Assembly: GCA_045811525.1 (NCBI GenBank)
Contig: JBJMTV010000010.1
Location: 3,385 to 67,384 of the forward strand
Length of the DNA stretch: 64,000 nucleotides
Reading direction: 5' to 3'
Source of the DNA: Xanthobacteraceae bacterium
GTDB taxonomy: Bacteria > Pseudomonadota > Alphaproteobacteria > Rhizobiales > Xanthobacteraceae
Shown here one piece after another: positions 29,061-36,932 of the stretch. The position numbers were made by a program, and so were the translations under genes. The notes below the pieces were generated by a model. It did no database searches, was not told where the DNA came from, and worked only from the letters and a program-made list of their open reading frames with translations. Position 1 is the stretch's first letter. Every line of letters starts with the position of its first letter.

Positions 29061-29854
29061 GCCGGATCAGTCCTGGCGTTCAGCAGGCGCCGCAGACGCG
29101 CAACATGCTCGCCAAAATGGCCGGACGCGATCATGTCGATGCTGCGCGGGCGCGGGATATCAATCCGGACCACCTCCTTCAGCGTTGCGGGTCGTCCAGT
29201 CATCACCATGACGCGATCCGAAAGGAACACGGCTTCACTGATTGAGTGGGTCACGAAGACGACAGTAGCACCCGTCGCCATGCTGATGTTTTGCAGCTCC
29301 AGGTTCATCTGCTCACGCGTGAGGGCGTCGAGCGCACCAAATGGCTCGTCCATCAGGAGGAGCGATGGTGACAGCATCAAAGCGCGGGCGATAGCCACGC
29401 GTTGCTGCATGCCGCCGGAAAGCTCGTACGGATACTTCCGCTCAAATCCCTGCAGTCCAACCAGGGCAATCAGCTGGCCTGCCCTCTCGGCTCGTTCGGC
29501 GCGCGTCATGCGAGCGATCTCACCGGGAAGCTCGACGTTCGATTGGATGTCGCGCCAGGGAAACAGCACCGGGTCCTGGAACACGATGCCAAAATCCGTT
29601 GCGCCATTTTTCGCCTGCCGCTTGCCGAACATTACTGTTCCAGTGGTGGGAGCGAGAAGTCCGGCAATGATCAGAAGGAGCGTGCTCTTGCCACATCCTG
29701 AGGGCCCAAGGATGGACGCGAACTCGCCGCGTCTAACGCTGAGCGAGAGGTCCTCGATCGCTCGAACCGGCCGCCCGTCGCGCGCGGAATAGGTTTTCGA
29801 AACGGCTTCAACGCACAGGAAAAGCGACTCGGCGTCCGCCCGCTCGTTGGACAT
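29057..29854 (-). CDS. ABC transporter ATP-binding protein
   Basis: Walker A GPSGCGKST, signature LSGGMQQRV, Walker B LLLMDEPF. There is a 4-nt overlap with the permease gene. The start is ATG 29854. Confidence 0.9.
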   Translation of the reverse strand: MSNERADAESLFLCVEAVSKTYSARDGRPVRAIEDLSLSVRRGEFASILGPSGCGKSTLLLIIAGLLAPTTGTVMFGKRQAKNGATDFGIVFQDPVLFPWRDIQSNVELPGEIARMTRAERAERAGQLIALVGLQGFERKYPYELSGGMQQRVAIARALMLSPSLLLMDEPFGALDALTREQMNLELQNISMATGATVVFVTHSISEAVFLSDRVMVMTGRPATLKEVVRIDIPRPRSIDMIASGHFGEHVARLRRLLNARTDPA

Positions 29855-29963
29855 GCCTAAGCTTCCCTGCGCGACTGCACGATGGGCCATGCCGGCGAGC
29901 CGGGCAAAACGCCCAGCCGTGGCCACCCATCAGCCCCGTGATCGAACAGCCCTCGGCTCGCCG

Positions 29964-30350
29964 TCAGGGTTGCCGCACGAGCCGCGCACACACGGTGCGC
30001 GGAGAGGGCGCCGCTTCGCTGTAACAGTAGTCGAGTGTGTTCTCGTCAATCAGCCGAAAAATGTAAGTCCCTTCGTCGTCCGATCCCATCATCAGTTGAG
30101 CGCCGGGCGTGAACGCGCCCCACAACGGCTCCTCTTGATCACCGCCGGGGTTCGAGCGTTTCAATCGCCCGGCAAAGGTGTTGCCCTGCTGCTCGGTTAT
30201 GACCAGGGTGGCGAGACCGCCGCGCCGGCCTTCGACTTTGGCGATCCGCTCTCGTTGTCCCGTCCATGTGCCGACCAGCAATGGTCCATCGGCGCCAAGC
30301 GCCGGCCATGAAACCAGTGCGGCGAGCGATAAGTACAGCAACGCTTTCAT
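29964..30350 (-). CDS. hypothetical exported protein
   Basis: MKALLYLSLAALVSWPALGADG is a signal peptide. No family is recognised. Confidence 0.5.
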   Translation of the reverse strand: MKALLYLSLAALVSWPALGADGPLLVGTWTGQRERIAKVEGRRGGLATLVITEQQGNTFAGRLKRSNPGGDQEEPLWGAFTPGAQLMMGSDDEGTYIFRLIDENTLDYCYSEAAPSPRTVCARLVRQP

Positions 30351-30585
30351 TGGGAAGCCTCCCCTCTGGAATGCGGCCCAGCCTCCGGGCAATTGGGCCA
30401 CCAGACTAGGATCGGGGCGATGAGGACGCCAGAGAGGAAGTTGCTGCAGAGCTTGTCGTAGGGCCTCGCAATTCGCTGCGGCTACCACAGTCTATGACAG
30501 CTGCTCGAGCTGCCCGGTGCGGGGTTGTCACCCATGTCTCCGGTACGTTCTGGCACCTATGTGTCCGGGCTGGACAAATATGCGG

Positions 30586-30635
30586 GTGGCGCACCCGACA
30601 GGATTCGATCCTGTGACCTCCGCCTTCGGAGGGCT
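30586..30635 (-). pseudogene. orphan 3' half of a tRNA-Arg(CCG)-like gene
   Basis: The reverse complement reads CTCCGAA-GGCGG-AGGTC-ACAGG-ATCGAAT-CCTGT-CGGGTGC-G-CCA. This is an anticodon loop through CCA, but no matching 5' acceptor strand, D arm or 5' anticodon-stem strand follows. Confidence 0.6.
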
Positions 30636-30673
30636 CGTGGGGGCTGACCGAAGCACCGTCATCGCGAGGCGTC

Positions 30674-31150
30674 TCAGCGCGCGGGATGAACCGCCTCTGA
30701 ATCCGCACGAGGGGCGATCTCGTCCGACGGAGAAGGCGCGGCCAGAGCGTCGTAGCCCTGCGTGTTGAATTGAATCATGCAAAAGCCATGTCCAAACGGA
30801 TCTGCCATCATCGCGATACGGCCATACGGAGTCTCCCGCGCCGGATCCTCCAAGCTGGCGCCCGCCGCTAGGGCTTTCTGCACCGCTTCTTCGAGGTGGT
30901 GAACGACGACATCAGGATGGATCGGCGTCCAGTGTCGACCATATCGCCGGAGATCGTTTCCGGCCCCGACTTCTCCGGACGGCTTGCTCAAAAGGTAGAC
31001 GGGGACTGGCCAGCCCGCCAACTCAATGGCATCGACCCCGAAGCGCCGGGCGGCGCGGAGTCCAAACGCCGTCGTATAGAAGCGCTCGGCCGCCTCCAGG
31101 TCGGGGACATCAATGTTGATCAAGAGCTCAATCGCGGGCCTCACGAGCAA
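30674..31150 (-). CDS. VOC (glyoxalase/bleomycin-resistance/dioxygenase) family protein
   Basis: The N-terminal INIDVPDLEAAERFYTTAFGL and C-terminal DPFGHGFCM motifs are typical of the VOC fold. Confidence 0.7.
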   Translation of the reverse strand: MLVRPAIELLINIDVPDLEAAERFYTTAFGLRAARRFGVDAIELAGWPVPVYLLSKPSGEVGAGNDLRRYGRHWTPIHPDVVVHHLEEAVQKALAAGASLEDPARETPYGRIAMMADPFGHGFCMIQFNTQGYDALAAPSPSDEIAPRADSEAVHPAR

Positions 31151-31238
31151 CCTTTCCTTGAGCGCCGAAGGCGTTCAGCGCCACGGCCGCCTGGATCAGC
31201 GCCTTCAATGCTTCCTCGTCGATTTCCTGGCCCTCGTC

Positions 31239-31460
31239 CTATCCGGCAACGCGTCGCCTACCGCGCCACTTCGTGGCATAGGGCAGGATGAACATGTAGA
31301 GCCCGCTGAACAGGAGCAAGAACAGGGGGGCCAGCGGCGAATAGGTCAACCATAGGGGAGGTTGCCCAACTGCCATGGCCACGAAGTTGGCGATCACGGT
31401 GAGCGTGAAAGCGATAGATACCCAGCGGTGGATCTGTCGAATCCATATGCTCATAATCAA
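31239..31460 (-). CDS. hypothetical small membrane protein (two predicted TM helices)
   Basis: 73 aa, sitting in-line between the SRPBCC and VOC genes. The profile is hydrophobic and no family is recognised. Confidence 0.45.
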   Translation of the reverse strand: MIMSIWIRQIHRWVSIAFTLTVIANFVAMAVGQPPLWLTYSPLAPLFLLLFSGLYMFILPYATKWRGRRRVAG

Positions 31461-31493
31461 GACCTCCTCTCGAACGAAGCGACGCCGAGGGCT

Positions 31494-31904
31494 TCAGTCT
31501 GCCCGCGCCAAGACTTGCTCCAGGTTGCCCAGGAAGTTCTGCCATCCGTGCCTGGCGCCCTGGTAGGCCTGCTCCTGGTCGGGCCGGAAGCCGGACTGCT
31601 CCATGCGGAGCCGCGTCCCCTTGCTCGTCGGCGTGAGCGTCCAGGTCACGACGCTGTCGAGACCCATCGCTGCCCAGGTGTAGGACAGCGTCGTGTTCGG
31701 CTCGACTTCGACCACCTCACAATCGACGCTGCCCCAGTCCCCGCGGAAATCGAACCGGTGGCCCACGACAGGCTTGAAATCGTTCTTCATCAGCCACTCC
31801 TGGATCAGATGTGGTTGCGTAAGCGCCCGCCAGATCCTCTCTGGGGGATGCGCGAACTCACGTTCGGCAACTACGGAGCGCGTTCCGCTCGATGTTTCGG
31901 TCAC
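31494..31904 (-). CDS. SRPBCC-superfamily protein (AHSA1/Aha1-like)
   Basis: The REFAHPPERIWRALTQPHLIQEWL pattern is typical of AHSA1-type START-like proteins. An ATGA overlap links it to the upstream ArsR-like gene. Confidence 0.8.
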   Translation of the reverse strand: MTETSSGTRSVVAEREFAHPPERIWRALTQPHLIQEWLMKNDFKPVVGHRFDFRGDWGSVDCEVVEVEPNTTLSYTWAAMGLDSVVTWTLTPTSKGTRLRMEQSGFRPDQEQAYQGARHGWQNFLGNLEQVLARAD

Positions 31905-32224
31905 TGGTCCATCCTTTTCAGTAGATCTTCGAGGTGGTCGAACCGGCTCTGCCAGAAGTCCGCCATTCGATTCGTCCAGTCGATCAGCGGAGCTAATGCG
32001 TCGAGCTGTGGCCTATAGTGCGTCTGACGGCCTTCGGGGCGGTCGAGCACCAGCCCGGCCTGTTTCAGGACCCCAAGATGCTTCGACACCGCGGGCTGCG
32101 AGACCCCGGCCCGCGCGGTCAGAGCCGCGACAGTCTGCTCCCCTTCACGGCAAAGGCGCTCGAAGATCGCCCTGCGCGTTGGATCGGCTAAAGCCTTGAA
32201 GGCCAGTTCAGGGTCGCTGTACAT
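31901..32224 (-). CDS. ArsR/SmtB-family transcriptional regulator (no metal-site Cys motif)
   Basis: FKALADPTRRAIFERL ... SQPAVSKHLGVLKQAGLV is a winged-HTH sequence. ATG 32224 is preferred over the track TTG 32254. Confidence 0.85.
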   Translation of the reverse strand: MYSDPELAFKALADPTRRAIFERLCREGEQTVAALTARAGVSQPAVSKHLGVLKQAGLVLDRPEGRQTHYRPQLDALAPLIDWTNRMADFWQSRFDHLEDLLKRMDQ

Positions 32225-32231
32225 CTCACCT

Positions 32232-32273
32232 ATAACCCGGCGGCTATTTGGCAATTCATAGCTGGCGGGTTAT
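32232..32273. promoter_or_regulatory. candidate operator: 16-nt inverted repeat with a 10-nt spacer
   Basis: ATAACCCGGCGGCTAT - TTGGCAATTC - ATAGCTGGCGGGTTAT, with 14 of 16 arm positions complementary. It lies immediately upstream of the minus-strand ArsR-like gene. Confidence 0.4.
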
Positions 32274-32330
32274 GATTGTCAAGTGCCGCCACACGGCTCT
32301 CCGCGGCTGGCAAATAGCTGTTGCTATAGT

Positions 32331-32362
32331 ATAGCCATTCGTCTATATAGACATATGGCTAT
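32331..32362. promoter_or_regulatory. candidate operator: 32-bp near-palindrome centred on GTCTATATAGAC
   Basis: ATAGCCATTCGTCTATATAGACATATGGCTAT has a perfect 12-bp core at 32341-32352. It spans the ATG (32355) of the plus-strand ArsR-like gene. Confidence 0.4.
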
Positions 32363-32693
32363 GCACACTCACCAACTCAACGCCGCGTTCTTCGCCCTCA
32401 GCGACCCGACCAGGCGTGCCATCCTCGCGCGCTTGGCGGCAGGGGAAGCCACCGTCTCCGAAATCGTGGCGCCCTTCGATCTCAGCCAGCCGACCGTCTC
32501 CAAGCACCTCAAAGTCCTTGAAAGCGCCGGTCTGATCGAGGGGGGCCGCGACGCCCAGCGCCGGCCTCGAAAGCTCGTTCCCCAGGCCATGAAGGAACTC
32601 GCCGATTGGATCGACCTGTTCCGCCAGCAATGGGAGCAAAGGTTCGACAATCTCGAGACCCACGTCCTCAGCATCCAAGACGGAGAGAAATAA
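32355..32693 (+). CDS. ArsR/SmtB-family transcriptional regulator (no Cys)
   Basis: FFALSDPTRRAILARL ... SQPTVSKHLKVLESAGLI is a winged-HTH sequence. Confidence 0.85.
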   Translation: MAMHTHQLNAAFFALSDPTRRAILARLAAGEATVSEIVAPFDLSQPTVSKHLKVLESAGLIEGGRDAQRRPRKLVPQAMKELADWIDLFRQQWEQRFDNLETHVLSIQDGEK

Positions 32694-32695
32694 CC

Positions 32696-33181
32696 ATGCC
32701 CGCCACCTCTGAAGCGGTTTCCAAGACCGGCCTCACAGTCGACCGCGACGCCAACACCATAAGGATCGTCCGCGAATTCGGCGCTCGGCCGCCGGTGATC
32801 TTCGATGCCTGGACGCAGCCGGAGCATGTCGCCTGCTGGTGGGACCCCGCGGGCGAGCGGCTGGCCGAATGCGCCATCGACTTGCGTCCCGGAGGCTCGT
32901 TCAAGTTCGTCTCTCGGGCGCACCCGGAGATGCCGTTCGCGGGCGTCTATCGCGAGATCAAGCGCCCCGAGCGCCTCGAATTCGACGCGTTGGGGGCTAA
33001 GGGTCGGGTGACGCTTCAGAGCGTCGGCGCCGGGACGCGCATGGTCGTGGAGATCGAATGCGCCTCGGCCGAGCATCTCGAGCAATTCCTCAAGATGGGC
33101 GTCGACGCCGGCACGGCCCAGACGAGCGACAACCTGGTGGCGTATGTCAGGGAGCGCGGCCCCGTGGTGGCCTCGGCCTGA
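32696..33181 (+). CDS. SRPBCC-superfamily protein (AHSA1/Aha1-like)
   Basis: IVREFGARPPVIFDAWTQPEHVACWW pattern. The start is 2 nt after the ArsR-like stop. Confidence 0.8.
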   Translation: MPATSEAVSKTGLTVDRDANTIRIVREFGARPPVIFDAWTQPEHVACWWDPAGERLAECAIDLRPGGSFKFVSRAHPEMPFAGVYREIKRPERLEFDALGAKGRVTLQSVGAGTRMVVEIECASAEHLEQFLKMGVDAGTAQTSDNLVAYVRERGPVVASA

Positions 33182-33204
33182 GCGGAGGGTGGAAGGCCCA
33201 ACTG

Positions 33205-33561
33205 ATGAAGGTCAAGCGCATCGTTCCGAACATCGCAGCGAACGATCTCAAAGCCTCGAGGAAGTTCTATCGCGATATTCTAGGCCTCGAGATCGCGATG
33301 GACCTCGGCTGGATCACGACCTTCACAACCGATGGGACGGCGCAGCCCCAGCTCAGCGTGGCAACAGAGGGCGGCTCGGGTACGGCGGTGCCGGATATCA
33401 GCATCGAAGTCGACGACTTGGACGAGGCACTGAGCCGCGTTCATGAGGCGCGGATCACCGTCGAATACGGGCCGGTGATGGAGCCTTGGAATGTGCGCCG
33501 CTTCTATGTTCGCGATCCATCGGGGCGGCTGCTCAACATTCTGGAACACAGCCGGTCGTGA
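33205..33561 (+). CDS. VOC (glyoxalase-fold) family protein
   Basis: IVPNIAANDLKASRKFYRDILGLE N-terminus and a RFYVRDPSGRLLNI C-terminus. Confidence 0.75.
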   Translation: MKVKRIVPNIAANDLKASRKFYRDILGLEIAMDLGWITTFTTDGTAQPQLSVATEGGSGTAVPDISIEVDDLDEALSRVHEARITVEYGPVMEPWNVRRFYVRDPSGRLLNILEHSRS

Positions 33562-33790
33562 CTATCAATCGACAGACGGCCGCGACCCTGCCCCTATTAC
33601 CATTCAACGTATTTAGCGGTTGGCTTCGGCCGTGATCGCGGGAGGTCTCGATGGAAATCATCTTCGAGAATGACAACAAACGCGTGGTGATCACTGGATG
33701 GCGCGGGTGGCTCATTGCGTTGGCCAGTCCTCATTCTCTCGGTCGGCCTGGTGGTTCTGGCGCTGCTGTCGGCACGTGAGGTCGAGATTC

Positions 33791-34048
33791 ATGACGGATG
33801 CAACGGCCAAGGATGAGGTGGACGGCTGGGTGGTCGAAAGCCAGCGTAGCAACTATTCGATTGGATACTGGTTCTCTTTCATTTTCGGAATGCTCGGCCA
33901 AATCGTGCCGACCCCTCCGAATATCACCTACACGATGCGAAACCGGCGCTCGAATGAACGCCGCGTGATCACCCTACCGGGCGATCACTCCAGGGCACAG
34001 TTGTCGGCCGCTCTCAGAGATGGCGAAACTGATGATAAGCGCAGCTGA
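33791..34048 (+). CDS. hypothetical protein (possibly the 3' remnant of a frameshifted gene)
   Basis: ATG 33791 lies within track ORF 33698-34048 in a low-GC patch. See the finding on 33651-34048. Confidence 0.3.
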   Translation: MTDATAKDEVDGWVVESQRSNYSIGYWFSFIFGMLGQIVPTPPNITYTMRNRRSNERRVITLPGDHSRAQLSAALRDGETDDKRS

Positions 34049-34111
34049 GGACACCCTCTGACCTTTGTCCAATCGATTGTCGCCGGCTTCCGGCGGTCAT
34101 CGCCGCCGCAA

Positions 34112-35047
34112 TCACGGCGCTTTGACGATCTGCTTGCACGCCGGCGGCAATCCCGCCAGCGTCAAAACCGGTCTAGGTTTGCTGGGAGCCGGGTGTAGCG
34201 TCGATTCCTTGAACCAGAAGTCGAGCTCGCTATCGCAGCCGTCCTTTGGGAGCGGCGGCGTAGGCGGCTTGCATTCCGCACTATCTGCCGGACAGGCAAT
34301 CTGGACGTGAAAGTGCTCGGCGTGACCATACCAGGGACGCACCTTGTAAAGCCAAGTGTGATCAGCTCCGGCCTCGCGGCACAGCGCCTTCTTGATGGCG
34401 GCATTGACCAGGATGCGGACAACCACTGGATCCTGCGCAGCCGTTCGGATGAGCGCAGTATGTCTGTGGGTCCACGATTTCGGATCAACATCGCGCAGGT
34501 CGGGCGCGACCACATCGGTGCCCGGGCCGAACTCGCGCTCCTCGCTGCTTTGGGCGTGGTCTGGCATCGGAGCAAACCAAATATCGGCGTCGAGGCCGAT
34601 TTGATGGCTGGTGTGGTCGGAAAGCATCGGCCCGCCGCGCGGCTGAGACATGTCACCCAGCAAAAGACCGTTCCAGCCAACCGTTTTTGCGTTCGCAGCA
34701 AACCGTTCGATGAAGCGAATGAGTTGGGGATGGCCCCAGTTGCGGTTACGCGACGGCCGCATGACTTGCCAGGTCGGACTGGTGATCGGCAGCGACACGA
34801 CGCCGCTGAGGCAGCCGTTAAAATCGCCGCCGATCGACCGCGGCGGTCCGGAAAACGGTGTTAATTTGCGCGCGAACAGCTCCTTCGCTGGCGTTGACGG
34901 CGCGTCCGGATTTTTCAGCGGCGGCAGCGGCTTGGGATCGACCGAGCCGGGCAGCATTGGGTCGATCGAGTGCTTTTCCTGCGCGAGGGCGGAACCCGCG
35001 GCAAGGAAGAGGGCGGCCAGGAGGCAAAGAACAGCGCGCATCTGCAA
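34112..35047 (-). CDS. mepA: penicillin-insensitive murein endopeptidase (peptidase M74)
   Basis: A signal peptide, then WGHPQLIRFIERFA, SDHTSHQIGLDADIW and WYGHAEHFHV motifs characteristic of MepA. Confidence 0.85.
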   Translation of the reverse strand: MQMRAVLCLLAALFLAAGSALAQEKHSIDPMLPGSVDPKPLPPLKNPDAPSTPAKELFARKLTPFSGPPRSIGGDFNGCLSGVVSLPITSPTWQVMRPSRNRNWGHPQLIRFIERFAANAKTVGWNGLLLGDMSQPRGGPMLSDHTSHQIGLDADIWFAPMPDHAQSSEEREFGPGTDVVAPDLRDVDPKSWTHRHTALIRTAAQDPVVVRILVNAAIKKALCREAGADHTWLYKVRPWYGHAEHFHVQIACPADSAECKPPTPPLPKDGCDSELDFWFKESTLHPAPSKPRPVLTLAGLPPACKQIVKAP

Positions 35048-35281
35048 TTACGATCCGTATGGGTCTGTAGGGAAATAGAGTCAAATTGCACTCAAGCCTG
35101 AGAACTGGAAGAACGAGATTCTGAAAAAACGCTAACGATGCGAAACCCTTGTTCCACAAGAAGACTGGAGCTGCCTGGTATTGAAGTTGTATCGGCGCCT
35201 GTGCTGATGGCTTGGTGGCGCAATACCCTGACTGAGCCTCGCAGATCCGTTATGTTGAGACTTCCTGGCTAGGGGTAGCAG

Positions 35282-36115
35282 ATGCCATTCGATCGGATTG
35301 GGGGGCGCCAATTGATTATGCTTCTCGGCGGCGTAGCGGCGGTACAGGCGCGCGCGGCGCCGGCCCAGCACACGGCGAGGGGAGCCTCCCAAGGACGGCG
35401 GGCGACGAGCGCCGTTGCGATCACATTCGGCGTACTCGTTATCTTGGGCGGCGCGTTTTGCGCGGCCCAAGATAACCCCATTCCCGAGCACGAAATGCAG
35501 GGAATGCCTGTCGATGCTTTTGGGTATCTTGGTGGTTTGTCTGAAGCGCGGTTCTATGAACCGCACTCGACCACGGACAATCCGTACGATGAAATCCGGA
35601 ACGCGGCATCTTTGTACGGCCTGGACTTGGCAATGATGATGTCTATCGCCAAGGTCGAGAGTAACTTCAATCCTCGCGCCAAAACCGGATCATACAAAGG
35701 GCTTTTCCAACTTAGCGACTTCGAGTTTAAAAAGTACGGCGATGGCAGCATCTGGGACGCGAGGGACAACGCTCGCGCCGCGGCGCACATGCTTCTGGTA
35801 CAAGCGGAAAAGTTCAGATCGGCGCTTGGTCACTATCCAGATTACGCGGAGAGATACATGGTGCATCAGCAGGGCATCCAAGGCGCCATTGAACACTACA
35901 CACGCCCTGAGCGCGTCGCTTGGCAATCCATGTGTGCCACCGACGAGGGCGTACTAAAGGGGGAGCAATGGTGCAGGAAGTGCATCTGGCAAAATCTTCT
36001 CCCGCAATGGAAGCGGACCTTCGGAAGTGTAGAGAAGATATCAAGCGGAGACTTCGTTAGTCTGTGGACAGGACGAATCAATCTTCTGGTCAACAAATTC
36101 AGCGTAGCGGAGTGA
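35282..36115 (+). CDS. lytic transglycosylase (SLT domain) with an N-terminal membrane anchor
   Basis: The SLT catalytic region is MMSIAKVESNFNPRAKTGSYKGLFQL. There is a TM segment AVAITFGVLVILGGAFCAA. The gene is low-GC and its start is uncertain. Confidence 0.7.
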   Translation: MPFDRIGGRQLIMLLGGVAAVQARAAPAQHTARGASQGRRATSAVAITFGVLVILGGAFCAAQDNPIPEHEMQGMPVDAFGYLGGLSEARFYEPHSTTDNPYDEIRNAASLYGLDLAMMMSIAKVESNFNPRAKTGSYKGLFQLSDFEFKKYGDGSIWDARDNARAAAHMLLVQAEKFRSALGHYPDYAERYMVHQQGIQGAIEHYTRPERVAWQSMCATDEGVLKGEQWCRKCIWQNLLPQWKRTFGSVEKISSGDFVSLWTGRINLLVNKFSVAE

Positions 36116-36124
36116 ATTCGACGA

Positions 36125-36622
36125 TCAGACGCCTCGATAATAGATCGCGGCGTGAACACTTTTTACCGTATTGTGATCAGCTCCCGATATTTTTGGAACG
36201 AGTGTTGTCTCGACGGTGATCTTGGAAATTCCTCGTTGCGCAAGCACCAACGTTCCGAAAATCACAGAGCTCATCATTAATTCGTGCTCACCCTTCGAAA
36301 GCTGAGATGGATCCTTCAGCAGCTCACGCGTTGGCGACGAGTCTATATCAAACCCGGAGCTTCGAAGTGTGGCCTTCGCATTAGCAAAAGACGTTCCAAC
36401 GGGAACATATTTTTGGACTATCGAAGACACCTCATTGCCTGCGGCGTTAAACTCTCCTGTGTGGCGCAGATGTTGGTAAGCACGTTCCAGCTCTAGGTGT
36501 AGCCGCCCTCCGCGTTCCTGAAAATCAACAGCGTTTGCCTGATTGCGCCGGTCCACGGCCTGGGCGTGAGCGGCCGTGAGCAACGACACGCAAATAGCAG
36601 CGAGCTTTACTGTCGGCCGCAT
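36125..36622 (-). CDS. hypothetical exported protein
   Basis: MRPTVKLAAICVSLLTAAHAQA is a signal peptide. The gene is low-GC and no family is recognised. Confidence 0.45.
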   Translation of the reverse strand: MRPTVKLAAICVSLLTAAHAQAVDRRNQANAVDFQERGGRLHLELERAYQHLRHTGEFNAAGNEVSSIVQKYVPVGTSFANAKATLRSSGFDIDSSPTRELLKDPSQLSKGEHELMMSSVIFGTLVLAQRGISKITVETTLVPKISGADHNTVKSVHAAIYYRGV

Positions 36623-36932
36623 CCGAGATGCCCTTGCAATCGGCCGCATATAAAGAAGCCCAAAATCGGAGCTGTCAATCAACATGAAATCGCGAAGGTG
36701 CTTGGCCCTTGACGCCTTGGCAGCTTTTAACAAGTGTCACCGACGGGCTAAGCGAGCAGCTCTTTTCGCGCCCAGTACCCTTTGTGCCTTCCGAAAAATT
36801 AGATCCGAGCAATGAAAAAGTGCTTGGGTGACTTAGAGGATGGGAGGCGCGGCGCTTACGTCCTCCCTTGCCCCGGAAAAGCAGATGGGCCGGGTAAGCA
36901 CCCGGCGCATCTGCTGAACTTTTGATAAAGAC

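Noticed and set aside
30586-30640. A functional tRNA-Arg gene.
   Set aside because: Only the anticodon loop to CCA portion is present. No 5' acceptor strand, D arm or matching 5' anticodon-stem strand could be found adjacent, and the T loop is non-canonical (ATCGAAT).
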